The notes beneath the pieces were generated by a model, which had not been told where the DNA came from, did not search any database, and saw only the letters and a program-made list of their open reading frames with translations. The position numbers and the translations under genes were made by a program. Of a stretch of 53,639 bases of DNA, positions 18,740-28,725 are shown one piece after another. Origin of the DNA: Bacilli bacterium (lineage in GTDB: Bacteria; Bacillota_I; Bacilli_A; RF39; UBA660); NCBI GenBank assembly GCA_017964405.1, contig JAGCSA010000018.1, positions 1 to 53,639 of the forward strand. Direction: 5' to 3'. Position 1 is the first letter of the stretch; every line of letters begins with the position of its first letter.

Positions 18740-18820
18740 AAGAAATTACATATCGTAATTTCTTATTAGTGTGGATTAATCTTTAATCCCTACTAATAAG
18801 AGATTAAGAGGGGAATTTAT

Positions 18821-19414
18821 ATGGGAAAAGAATATAGCCTGGAAGCAGGAATAAGGGGACAATTTATCGACGAAATCCTTACAATAACAGAGGACTGGAT
18901 CTATATTTCTCCCAATGCAGAGAAACTACATAATTTAATCTACAAAGATGAAGAATATGGAGAAACAATCAAAAATATTACTACCAATCTAATGAATATT
19001 CGGGGAGTCGTAACCAATACTTTGGGACCAGAAAAAGATCAAGAAATGGCAAGTATGATATCGGAAATGGAATCGATAGGATCTCTAAAAGAAAAACTAT
19101 CGGAAATCGATTGGGTATCAGTCATGAAACAATTCAATGATCAATTAGAAGCAGCCAAAGTAAAAATCGTTCGCAAGTTATTAAAAAAAGCAAGTGAAAG
19201 ATTTAATGCGATGAAAATCATGAAAGAAAGTCCAGATGGAATAAGTGCCCCAGAATATGATGTCATAATTTATGACTTTGGAGTAGAAAAAACATTTTTA
19301 GATTTGAAAGCAAGTTCTTTATACACGGAATTAATTAATCGAGAAGTACAATATGGGATTGAATTAGTTCCTCAAAGTTTAAAGGATATAATGGTTAGAC
19401 CAGCAGATACATAG
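18821..19414 (+). CDS. Hypothetical alpha-helical protein
   Basis: GAGGGG RBS; no signal peptide; no recognised family. Confidence 0.65.
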   Translation: MGKEYSLEAGIRGQFIDEILTITEDWIYISPNAEKLHNLIYKDEEYGETIKNITTNLMNIRGVVTNTLGPEKDQEMASMISEMESIGSLKEKLSEIDWVSVMKQFNDQLEAAKVKIVRKLLKKASERFNAMKIMKESPDGISAPEYDVIIYDFGVEKTFLDLKASSLYTELINREVQYGIELVPQSLKDIMVRPADT

Positions 19415-19433
19415 AAGAAAGGAGTTGTCGAGT

Positions 19434-20684
19434 ATGTCAGAAGAAACCACATTAGGACTAGCTTCTGAACAATTAGAAAAAGATGCAACCTCTTTGAGTC
19501 TTATGAGTTTATATACATCCAACAACTTAGAAGGAATGGACGAAAGAATTACAGACTATTTAAAATCCAATTATAAAATGGATCAATTAGTGATTGCACT
19601 TAACGACTTATCTTCTAGAACAAAATCCTATAAAGATTGGATTCAAAATATGCAAATCGAACCACCAACAACAGAAGAACCAGCAGATGATATAGAGTTT
19701 TTAGAACCATGGGAAGAAGAAAAAACAACGATACAACCAGATGAATTAGACAATTTATCGGATTCTACAAGAATATCTCTACAAAACTTATTGGAATATT
19801 TAGGTTATTCGGATGCAGAGATTCAAAAGATCTTAAAGGGAGAAAAAGCTTTAACAAAAGAAAAAATGGATCAAGTAAAAGAATTGTTATATCAAATTGA
19901 TGAAATTGATCCAGAACAAGCCAATCAAATGAGAGAATTACTAGGAATCAAAGAAGAACAGAAAGAAGAGACGGTTCCACAAGAAGAGCCTAGTGTTTAT
20001 GCAAAACATAAGAAAAAAATAGAAGCCGAAATGGCAAACAGCAAAGATTCTCCTTATATTGGAAGAGGAAAAGATGTTCATATTATTGAATCCAGTGCCG
20101 TTGTTGTTACAGCAGCAGCATTAGCTGCCACAGGAGCTGCTGCAACAGGAGGAGTCATTGCAGGAAAAGGATTAATGTATACAAGATTTACTCCAAAAGA
20201 CTGGAGAGCATTAGGACCTACTTATCAAAAGAGAATTGCTAAAATCATGAAACGTTCTGGTTTAACAGAAACAGAAATTCATACGTTCCAAACAGCCAGC
20301 TTCAAGATTTTAACAAGTGAATTAAAAGAACATATTAAAAAGATTAAAAAAGCAATGAAGATTAATCCTCATTGCGATGAAGACATTGAAAATTTATATA
20401 ATTACTCAATGTTTGATGAAGAAGACGAAATTATTCCTTATCTATTATTTATCACCATGGTAATTGATGGTAAAAATGTAGTAGATGAGTATAATATGTA
20501 TAATGTAATTAATCCAAACTTTGATGAGGAAGATGAAGTAAACGGTTCTTATGCAGGAATTGATATGGATGATTATATAGATGATGATATTATCATAGAA
20601 GATTATGAAGAAGAAAAATCTTCAAAAGAAGAAAAGAAATATACACCAAGAAAAACAGAATCCGACAATGGAATTATTTCTTAG
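19434..20684 (+). CDS. Hypothetical acidic protein with internal Ala/Gly-rich hydrophobic segment
   Basis: AAAGGAG RBS favours ATG 19434; segment SSAVVVTAAALAATGAAATGGVIAG; no signal peptide. Confidence 0.65.
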   Translation: MSEETTLGLASEQLEKDATSLSLMSLYTSNNLEGMDERITDYLKSNYKMDQLVIALNDLSSRTKSYKDWIQNMQIEPPTTEEPADDIEFLEPWEEEKTTIQPDELDNLSDSTRISLQNLLEYLGYSDAEIQKILKGEKALTKEKMDQVKELLYQIDEIDPEQANQMRELLGIKEEQKEETVPQEEPSVYAKHKKKIEAEMANSKDSPYIGRGKDVHIIESSAVVVTAAALAATGAAATGGVIAGKGLMYTRFTPKDWRALGPTYQKRIAKIMKRSGLTETEIHTFQTASFKILTSELKEHIKKIKKAMKINPHCDEDIENLYNYSMFDEEDEIIPYLLFITMVIDGKNVVDEYNMYNVINPNFDEEDEVNGSYAGIDMDDYIDDDIIIEDYEEEKSSKEEKKYTPRKTESDNGIIS

Positions 20685-20772
20685 AAATAAAAAGAGATGA
20701 TCAATCTCTTTTTTGGTAAAATGAAGAAAATATGATACACTAGATATGAAATTAGGAATAGAGGATGATGGT

Positions 20773-21871
20773 ATGGAAACAAGAGAACAAAAAAATGTAT
20801 TAAACAGTAACCTAGAAATAATCAATAATTTATGGAGGTCACTTTGACATTCCATCTAAAAAAGAAGAATTACAGGAATTAACCAAAATATCAGAACAAC
20901 CAGACTTCTGGAATGATCAAAAGAAAGCAGAAGAAACGTTAAAGGAAATCAATGAGAGAAAAGAAGTCATTGAAAGAATTGAATCTGTTAAGAAGAAAAT
21001 CGAAAGTAATCTAGAAGTGTTATCTCTTCTAGAACAAGAAGAAGATGAAGATTTATTCCAAGAAGTAACCAAGAATATAGAAGAATTAACAAAAGAGACA
21101 GAAGAATTAAATATTTTGTTATTATTAAATGGGCCTTATGATAAGAATGATTGTATCTTAGAAATCCATCCAGGAGCAGGAGGAACAGAATCTTGTGATT
21201 GGGCAAATATGTTATACCGAATGTATTTGAGATGGTGTGAAAAAAAGAATTATAAAGTAACTCTTTTAGATTATCAAGCAGGAGAAGAAGCCGGTATTAA
21301 AAGTGTATCCATCTTAATCAAAGGATTGAATGCCTATGGATATCTAAAGAATGAAAAAGGAGTCCATCGACTAGTCAGATTATCTCCTTTTGATGCGAAT
21401 AATAGAAGACATACTTCTTTCGCATCTGTAGATGTAACACCGGATATCGATAGAGATATCGACATTGAAATTGATGAGAAAGACTTAAAAATCGATGTTT
21501 ATCATTCATCAGGAGCAGGAGGACAAGGAGTCAATACAACAGATTCTGCTGTTAGAATTACTCATTTACCTACTAAAATAGTAGTAACTTGTCAAAATGA
21601 AAGAAGTCAAATTCAAAATAAAGAACAAGCCCTAAGAGTTTTAAAAAATAAATTATTAGTCAAAAAACTAGAAGAACAAGAACAAGAATTAAAAGGAATT
21701 AAAGGAGAACAATCTAATATCGATTTTGGATCTCAAATCAGAAGTTATGTCTTACATCCTTATTCCTTAATAAAAGATCATCGTACGAATGTAGAAACAA
21801 GTAATGTAGGAAAGGTATTAGATGGAGAGATAGATCTCTTTATAGAAAGTAATTTAAAAAAGGGGATTTAA
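20773..21871 (+). CDS. prfB: Peptide chain release factor 2 with programmed +1 frameshift
   Basis: ATG 20773, 24 codons to CTT-TGA-C (20842-20848), continues in the +1 frame into the 21017 ORF; SPF and GGQ motifs. Confidence 0.97.
20834..20848 (+). promoter_or_regulatory. RF2 autoregulatory frameshift site
   Basis: GGAGG-tca-CTTTGAC. Confidence 0.95.
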
Positions 21872-21872
21872 C

Positions 21873-22754
21873 ATGAATTTTTTCTCAAAGACAAAAAACT
21901 TAGAAGTCTTACAGACCGAGAAAAAGAAAAAAAATTGGATTCGATACTGCCAATTCTTTTTAGGCTGCTTTATTGTAGCGTTTTCCTATAATATGTTTAT
22001 TGCATCGAATGATTTAGTCCCAGGAGGAGTAGGAGGAATTGCTGTTATTACCAATAACTTATTTGGATTTGATAATTCACTAACCATCTTCGTTGTAAAT
22101 ATCTTCTTATTAATTCTAAGTTATATCTTATTAGGATGGGAAAAAACAAGATCTACAATCTTTGGATCCATTCTATTCCCGATCTTTGTTAAATTAACAG
22201 AACATGCCAATGTATGGATTCAATTTGATACATCAAAGATTTTATTGATGGCTATTATTGGAGGATTCTTCTTTGGACTAGGAGCAGGACTCATCTTTAA
22301 AGCAGGATTCACAACAGGAGGAACCGATATTATTAATCAAATTATTTCCAAGTATGGAAAAATGAGTATGGGAAAAAGTATGTTATTAAGTGATGGATTA
22401 ATTGTCATTTTATCCGGAGTATTCTTTGGAGTAACCAGTATGTTATATTCCATCTTAATCCTATACATGATTAGTATTATATCCGACAGAATTGTATTAG
22501 GAATTTCGAATAATAAAATGTTCTATATTATTACAGATCAAGAAAAAGAAATAAAAGATTATATTTTAAACGATCTACATCATGGAGCCACTATTTTTAA
22601 AGCAAAAGGTGGAAGAGATACACAATATAAGAAAGTCATTATGACAGCATTACCAACAAAAGACTTTTATGATATCAAAGAAGGAATTGAACAGATTGAT
22701 CATAATGCATTCTTTATCGTAACAGATGCATATGAATTGTTTGGAGGGGAATAA
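21873..22754 (+). CDS. YitT-family membrane protein
   Basis: LVPGGVGGIA, GFTTGGTDII, IDHNAFFIV. Confidence 0.9.
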   Translation: MNFFSKTKNLEVLQTEKKKKNWIRYCQFFLGCFIVAFSYNMFIASNDLVPGGVGGIAVITNNLFGFDNSLTIFVVNIFLLILSYILLGWEKTRSTIFGSILFPIFVKLTEHANVWIQFDTSKILLMAIIGGFFFGLGAGLIFKAGFTTGGTDIINQIISKYGKMSMGKSMLLSDGLIVILSGVFFGVTSMLYSILILYMISIISDRIVLGISNNKMFYIITDQEKEIKDYILNDLHHGATIFKAKGGRDTQYKKVIMTALPTKDFYDIKEGIEQIDHNAFFIVTDAYELFGGE

Positions 22755-22755
22755 T

Positions 22756-23610
22756 ATGGATGAAGTTGTAGAAACCATTAACAGAAAAAAACAAATCCAG
22801 AGAATGGTAATCTTATTTATATCATTATTACTAAGTGCCGTATTATATAATTTGTTATTATTACCTTTGAACTTAGTAGTAGGAGGAACCGGTGGTGTAG
22901 CAACGATTACAAAAGCTATATATGGAATTAATCCAGCACTCATGATCTTTTTATTATCAGCAGCATGTGTTTTAATTAGTTTCCTATATCTAGGAGTAGA
23001 AAAGACTATGACAACGATAGCAGCAAGTATTCTATACCCTGTATTAGTACAATTAACATCTCCGATTACCCAGTTCTTTCCCAAAGATGCCGATACCCTA
23101 TTAATTGTTATCTTTGCAGGAGTACTCGGAGGAATATCAGCAGGATTAATCTATAAAACAGGTTATAACAGTGGAGGATTTAATGCTCTTACCCATATAT
23201 TATTTGAACAAAAAAAGATTTCTTTAGCAAAATCTAATTTAGTAATCAATGGATTAATTGTCATATTAGGAGCCTTCTTCTTTGGAGCAAACAATGCATT
23301 ATATGCGATTATCTATTTATACATTTGTAATATTGTAATGGATAAAGTCCTATTAGGAATCTCTAATAATAAAGCATTCTATATCATTACCGATCAAGAA
23401 GAAAGAGTAAATGATTATATTATGAGAATACTAGGTCATACCGTAACCATCTTTGATGTAAAAGGTGGATTCATGGAACAAAAGAGAAGAGTTTTATTAA
23501 CAGTAATTCCTTCTCGTGAATACTACAAAGTAACAGAAGGAATCAAAGAGATAGATCCACATGTCTTCTTTGTTGTAACAGATTCTTATCAAGTAAAAGG
23601 AGCAAAATAG
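22756..23610 (+). CDS. YitT-family membrane protein (tandem paralog)
   Basis: LVVGGTGGVA, GYNSGG, IDPHVFFVV; ATG 22756 after GGAGG. Confidence 0.9.
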   Translation: MDEVVETINRKKQIQRMVILFISLLLSAVLYNLLLLPLNLVVGGTGGVATITKAIYGINPALMIFLLSAACVLISFLYLGVEKTMTTIAASILYPVLVQLTSPITQFFPKDADTLLIVIFAGVLGGISAGLIYKTGYNSGGFNALTHILFEQKKISLAKSNLVINGLIVILGAFFFGANNALYAIIYLYICNIVMDKVLLGISNNKAFYIITDQEERVNDYIMRILGHTVTIFDVKGGFMEQKRRVLLTVIPSREYYKVTEGIKEIDPHVFFVVTDSYQVKGAK

Positions 23611-23718
23611 TAAAAAATAGTGCAAAATAGTGCAAACTAAAAGGAAAGACTTGACACTTTCCTTTTTTTGTTAGGGAAAGAATGATATAATAAATATACT
23701 AAGGTGGTGATAAAATAG

Positions 23719-24417
23719 ATGGATTTTATTAGATTAATAAACGTAGAAAAAAGATACAAAAATGGAGTAACAGCCATCTATGATTTAAACTTAGCAATAG
23801 AAAAAGGATCCTTTGTCTTTATAGTCGGTGGTTCTGGTAGTGGAAAATCCACCTTGATTAAAATGTTATATCGAGAAGAAAAGCCAACAAAAGGACAAGT
23901 TATCGTAGGTGGATTAGATGTTGCAAAATTAAAAAATAAAAAAGTGTATCGATTAAGAAGAAAATTAGGAATTGTATTCCAAGATTATAAATTATTACCA
24001 AAATTAACGGTATATGAAAATGTAGCATTCGCATTAGAATGCTTAGGAGAAAAGAAAAGTATTATCCGACAGAAAGTATTAAAATCACTAGAAGATGTAG
24101 GATTGAAGAATAAGGTTCATAGTTATCCAGATCAGTTATCTGGAGGAGAACAACAGAGAGTAGCAATTGCAAGAGCGATTGTCAATGACCCTAAATTGTT
24201 ATTATGTGATGAACCAACAGGAAACTTAGATCCAGCAAAAAGTATGGAAATTATGCAAGTATTAGAGGAGATTAATAAAAATAGAGGAACAACAATTATT
24301 ATGGCTACACACGATAAAGAAATCGTAAACAAAATGAAAAAACAAGTAATCACTTTAAAAGAGGGTCACTTAGTTACAAACAAGAAGAAAGGAAAATACG
24401 AAGATGAAGCTATTTAG
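23719..24417 (+). CDS. ftsE: Cell division ATP-binding protein FtsE
   Basis: GGSGSGKST, VFQDYKLL, LSGGEQQRVAIARA, DEPTGNLD; upstream of ftsX. Confidence 0.95.
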   Translation: MDFIRLINVEKRYKNGVTAIYDLNLAIEKGSFVFIVGGSGSGKSTLIKMLYREEKPTKGQVIVGGLDVAKLKNKKVYRLRRKLGIVFQDYKLLPKLTVYENVAFALECLGEKKSIIRQKVLKSLEDVGLKNKVHSYPDQLSGGEQQRVAIARAIVNDPKLLLCDEPTGNLDPAKSMEIMQVLEEINKNRGTTIIMATHDKEIVNKMKKQVITLKEGHLVTNKKKGKYEDEAI

Positions 24418-25303
24418 AATGTTAGGAAGAAGCATTAGAGATGCTTTCAAAAGTGTAATCAGAAACTTCAGTTTATCATTAGCCTCTATCTCTTGTATTA
24501 CGATTACCTTAATTATTGTAGCCATAGCGGTAATCGCATCCTTCAATGTACAAAACTTCACAACAGAAATTGAAAAAGATCTAACAATCGTCATATTCTT
24601 AGATGGCGAAACAACAGAAGAAGAAGCAAAACAAGTAGAAAAAACAATTAAAAAGATTAGTAATGTAAGTGAATATACATTCCAAACTAAACAAGAAGTA
24701 AAAGAAAAGATGCAAGAAGAATCAGAAGTCTTTAAAACTGTATTAGATAATTTTGAAGGAGAAGATAGCCCTTTAAAAGATACATTTCAAGTAAAAGTAA
24801 AAGATGTAGAAAAGATCAAACAAACAGCGGAAAAGATTGAAAAGATTGATCATGTATCCGTTGTAAGATATGGAGAAGGAATGGTTGATAAATTAGTATC
24901 TGCCTTTACTTCGATTGAAAAAGTAACCTATGGTATTGTATTTGCTTTAATATTAGTAACCATTTTCTTAATCGTAAATACGATTAAATTAACAATCTCT
25001 GCCAGAAGAAAAGAAATTGGAATCATGCGTCTAGTAGGAGCAAGTAACTTTACCATTAAAACACCATTCATTATTGAAGGAATGGTATTGGGTTTATTTG
25101 GTTCTATTATTCCTATTATTTTATCAACTTATGGATATATTGCTTTCTATAATCACTTTGATGGTTATTTGTATTCAGAATTAATTCAATTAATTGTTCC
25201 AGAACCATTCATCTATCAAGTATCCCTTATCGTATTAGGAACAGGTATTATCGTAGGTATGATTGGTAGTTCCGGAGCCGTAAGAAAGTACTTAAAAGTA
25301 TGA
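24404..25303 (+). CDS. ftsX: Cell division permease FtsX
   Basis: NTIKLTISARRKEIGIMRLVGASNFTIKTPFIIEG. Confidence 0.95.
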   Translation: MKLFRMLGRSIRDAFKSVIRNFSLSLASISCITITLIIVAIAVIASFNVQNFTTEIEKDLTIVIFLDGETTEEEAKQVEKTIKKISNVSEYTFQTKQEVKEKMQEESEVFKTVLDNFEGEDSPLKDTFQVKVKDVEKIKQTAEKIEKIDHVSVVRYGEGMVDKLVSAFTSIEKVTYGIVFALILVTIFLIVNTIKLTISARRKEIGIMRLVGASNFTIKTPFIIEGMVLGLFGSIIPIILSTYGYIAFYNHFDGYLYSELIQLIVPEPFIYQVSLIVLGTGIIVGMIGSSGAVRKYLKV

Positions 25304-26436
25304 GAAAGAAAATAATACCCATCTTATTAATATTAGTATTAGTAGGAAATATCATAGTTCCCACATCAGTAGAAGCAACCACCTTAAGAGAATATGAAGA
25401 ACTATTAGAAAAATATAAAAATGATTTGAATACTACCAATAACCAAATATATATGAGTAGACAAGAATTAGCAGAAATCCAATCCAAAATAGCAGATACC
25501 GAAAAACAAATTAAGGATGCGGAAGATGAAATTGCTCGTCTAGAAGAAGAGATTAAAAAGAATAATGAAGAAATAGCCAAGAAAAAAGAAGAATCCAAAG
25601 CATTAATCGAGTATTATCAAATTTCCAATGGAGAAAATATATACTTAGAATATGCTTTTGGAGCAAGTGATATAACCGATATGATCTATCGTTTATCCAT
25701 TGTAGAACAATTAACAGATTATAATGATAGAGTCATGAAAGAATTAAAAGAATTAATTCGTCAGAATGAATTAAGACAACAAGAATTAGCACAAAAAGAA
25801 GAAGAATTAAAAGAATTAAAGAAACAACTACAAGACCAAGCTAGTAGAGTAAGAGGTAATATTTCCAGTATGGAAGGATCTATTCCAGACTTACAAAACC
25901 AATTAACAAACTATGAAAACAGAGTAGCATACTATCGTAGAATAGGATGTGAACCAGATGATGTCATTGGAGTAGATTGTGATAGAGGAAATAATGCTTA
26001 TGGCTTTGTATTCCCATTAAATGGAAGTTATTGGACTTCTACAGGATTCTATTGGGATGGATACAGTGGTCATAAAGGATTAGACTTTGCACAAGGATGT
26101 GGAAATCCAGTAAAAGCAGTTGCTAATGGACGTGTATACTACGTAGGAAGTAACAAAGATATCTATGGAGCAAAGATGATATTAATTGTTCATAACTACA
26201 ATGGAAGAAAAGTATTCTCTCAATATACACACTTATCTGGATATGCCGTATCTGAAAACCAAGATGTTGCTGCAGGACAAGTCATTGGATATGTTGGAAC
26301 AACAGGATGGTCTACAGGATGTCACTTACACTTAGAGATGTCTGTCGATATGGGTTGGGATTATAACTGGCCAGGTAACTACTGGACTTATACCCAATAT
26401 ATTGTTAACCCATATGAATATATTCCAAGAGGATAA
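25300..26436 (+). CDS. Coiled-coil M23 peptidoglycan hydrolase (FtsEX partner)
   Basis: Signal peptide, PcsB/CwlO-like coiled coil, HKGLD, YTHL, STGCHLH. Confidence 0.9.
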   Translation: MRKKIIPILLILVLVGNIIVPTSVEATTLREYEELLEKYKNDLNTTNNQIYMSRQELAEIQSKIADTEKQIKDAEDEIARLEEEIKKNNEEIAKKKEESKALIEYYQISNGENIYLEYAFGASDITDMIYRLSIVEQLTDYNDRVMKELKELIRQNELRQQELAQKEEELKELKKQLQDQASRVRGNISSMEGSIPDLQNQLTNYENRVAYYRRIGCEPDDVIGVDCDRGNNAYGFVFPLNGSYWTSTGFYWDGYSGHKGLDFAQGCGNPVKAVANGRVYYVGSNKDIYGAKMILIVHNYNGRKVFSQYTHLSGYAVSENQDVAAGQVIGYVGTTGWSTGCHLHLEMSVDMGWDYNWPGNYWTYTQYIVNPYEYIPRG

Positions 26437-26462
26437 AAAGCAAGGATATCTTGCTTTTTTTT
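26437..26462 (+). terminator. Intrinsic terminator
   Basis: AAAGCAAGGA-ta-TCTTGCTTT plus T-tract. Confidence 0.75.
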
Positions 26463-26524
26463 GTTTGTTGTAGAAAGAATAAAACTATGATAGAATGATT
26501 GTAGAAATAATAGGAGGAAACCCT

Positions 26525-28702
26525 ATGAAAAAAGAAAAAGAAAACATATTTAAAAAATATAATGTTTTATTAACTATTATCTTAATCGCAACCTTCTTCT
26601 TAAGTATTGGATATGCTCAAATATCAGCCAGTAACTTGCAAGTAGAAGGTATTGCAAAAGCCTATGAAAAAGATGGTGTATTTGTATCAAACGTTACATA
26701 TAGTAGTAGTAATAATGCCAATGTAGATGCATGCTCTACGAAACAAAGAGTAGGAGCAACGGTAGCTAGTAGAATTGTACTAGGAAATTCTCAAAGTGCC
26801 TCTATTACTTACCAAGTAACTGCAACCAATGGTACCACTAAGAAATATATGTATATTGGACCATCTGTATCCGAAAACTTCTATAGTAATAATGATATTG
26901 ATTATACAATTTCTGGAATTAATGTAGGAGATACAGTTGATCCAAGTGACTCTGTCACATTTAATTTAACCTATGCTTATGCAAATGGAGTATCGATTGG
27001 AACGAACACTTCAGAATTAGATGCTTATATCAATTTTGGATTTAGAGAATTATTCCCAGTTACTTATACTTATATTAATGGAACAGGATATCCAGAATAT
27101 GTTGTCAATTATAAAGCATCTGATGCTCAACCCAATGCATTAAATGTTGATTTTGGAAGCAATGCCCCTACAGAATTAACGATAACAGGAGTGGATACAG
27201 GAACAACCTATACGTTAGGAACCGATTATACGTATACAAATGGTGTATTAAACTTTCCTAATGTAACAGAAGGATTAAATGTATCAGGACCAATTCCAAA
27301 TGATCCACCAATCATTACCAACTTATCAGAACAACAACAAACAACAGAAGGAGAAGTCAAAATTACCTTCTCTGCAACAGATGATTTAGGAATTGATCAC
27401 TTTGAATTAGAAACGATTGAAGTAGTATCCGGAGTAGAAACAGTAATTTCTACAACAACACTAGCTTCTAATGCAACAGAGACAACAATTACAAACTTAG
27501 CAGAAGGAACTTACTATTTCAAATTAAAAGTAGTAGATATTTATAACTTAGATGCGACAGCAACCACAACTACAAAATCTTATCGTTGGAATTTAAATGT
27601 AACGATCAATATTACAAATGGTGGTCCAAATGGAACAACACCAATCTCTTATGGAGACCCATTCTCAACAACCTTAACGGTAAATAATGGATACAGTAGT
27701 ATTAGTAATTTATCCGTAACAATGGGAGGACAAACACTATCAGCAAATGATTATACATTCAATCAAAATAATGGAGCCTTCAGTATCGCAACCGTAACAG
27801 GAGATGTTAATATTTCTGGACAAGCTTCTACTAACTTCTGCTTAATAGAAGGAACTGAAATTAAATTAGCAGATGGAAAAGAAAAGAAAATAGAAGACAT
27901 TGACTATGATGATTTACTACAAGTATGGAGTTATGAAGAAGGAAGAGTCGTAGAAGAATATCCTCTATGGATTGAAAAAGCAAAGAAGACCAATGTTTAT
28001 ACAAAAATAACATTCAGTGATTCTTCTGAAATCAATATCTTCTATGATCATGCATTCTTCTCTACAGAAGAAAAACAATTTGTAAGTGTTCAAGATAAAG
28101 AAAAATTCCATGTAGGAACCAAAGTATTAAAACTAACAAAAGACAATATATTAAAAGAAGTATCCGTAGAGAAAATAGAAGATATCTATGAAGAAAAGAT
28201 GTATTACTTTGTAGCATCCACAAGATATTACAATATTATCAGTGATGACTTTATCACAACAGATGCTTATACAGATATTACGAATCTATACCCATTTGAT
28301 GAAAAAGCTACTTGGACAACTCCGTTAGTAGAGCCAATTGATTATCAATACCTAGAAGATGTATTACCATATTATCTTTATAAAGGTTTTCGAGCAGGAG
28401 AAGTAGCAGTCCTATTAAATAGTAATAAAACAACAATGGAAGAATTTAAGTATTATATTTCGAATATCGTACTCGCAGAAGAAATGATGCAAAAACCAAT
28501 CGAAAAGAATGGTGCTAGATACTGGCCAATCTCAGTAGGAAGTAAATGGAGTCAAAAACAAAAACTCGTAAAAGAAGGAACATACTATCAATTACCATTC
28601 AATGGAAAAACAAAGAAATGGTATAGTACTTCCGAGAATAAGACCTATCAACCAGGAGAAGTAGTCCAAGTATGGACAGGAATGCATTTCGAAAGTAAAT
28701 AA
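26525..28702 (+). CDS. Exported beta-rich surface protein with internal Hint domain
   Basis: Leader ending FLSIGYA; T/N/S-rich Ig/FN3-like modules (NLAEGTYYFKLKVVD); CLIEGTEIKLADG Hint N-terminus; ATG 26525 after GGAGG. Confidence 0.85.
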   Translation: MKKEKENIFKKYNVLLTIILIATFFLSIGYAQISASNLQVEGIAKAYEKDGVFVSNVTYSSSNNANVDACSTKQRVGATVASRIVLGNSQSASITYQVTATNGTTKKYMYIGPSVSENFYSNNDIDYTISGINVGDTVDPSDSVTFNLTYAYANGVSIGTNTSELDAYINFGFRELFPVTYTYINGTGYPEYVVNYKASDAQPNALNVDFGSNAPTELTITGVDTGTTYTLGTDYTYTNGVLNFPNVTEGLNVSGPIPNDPPIITNLSEQQQTTEGEVKITFSATDDLGIDHFELETIEVVSGVETVISTTTLASNATETTITNLAEGTYYFKLKVVDIYNLDATATTTTKSYRWNLNVTINITNGGPNGTTPISYGDPFSTTLTVNNGYSSISNLSVTMGGQTLSANDYTFNQNNGAFSIATVTGDVNISGQASTNFCLIEGTEIKLADGKEKKIEDIDYDDLLQVWSYEEGRVVEEYPLWIEKAKKTNVYTKITFSDSSEINIFYDHAFFSTEEKQFVSVQDKEKFHVGTKVLKLTKDNILKEVSVEKIEDIYEEKMYYFVASTRYYNIISDDFITTDAYTDITNLYPFDEKATWTTPLVEPIDYQYLEDVLPYYLYKGFRAGEVAVLLNSNKTTMEEFKYYISNIVLAEEMMQKPIEKNGARYWPISVGSKWSQKQKLVKEGTYYQLPFNGKTKKWYSTSENKTYQPGEVVQVWTGMHFESK
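27839..28264 (+). other. Hint (Hedgehog/intein) domain, about 142 aa
   Basis: Block A CLIEGTEIKLADGKEKKIEDI; block B IFYDHAFF; C-terminal block MYYFVASTRYYNIISDDFITTD. Confidence 0.8.
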
Positions 28703-28725
28703 TAAAAAGAAAAGAAGGGGTTTAT

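Noticed and set aside
141-20772. Integron, IS or CRISPR explanation for the accessory array
   Set aside because: No integrase or transposase, no attC-like sites recognised, no regularly spaced repeats with spacers
23651-23691. TTGACA as the ftsE -35 element
   Set aside because: It is 29 nt from the -10 and lies in a terminator loop; only the extended -10 is supported
27839-28264. Canonical mobile intein
   Set aside because: No terminal His-Asn with a +1 Cys/Ser/Thr, no homing endonuclease, and the host is an exported protein
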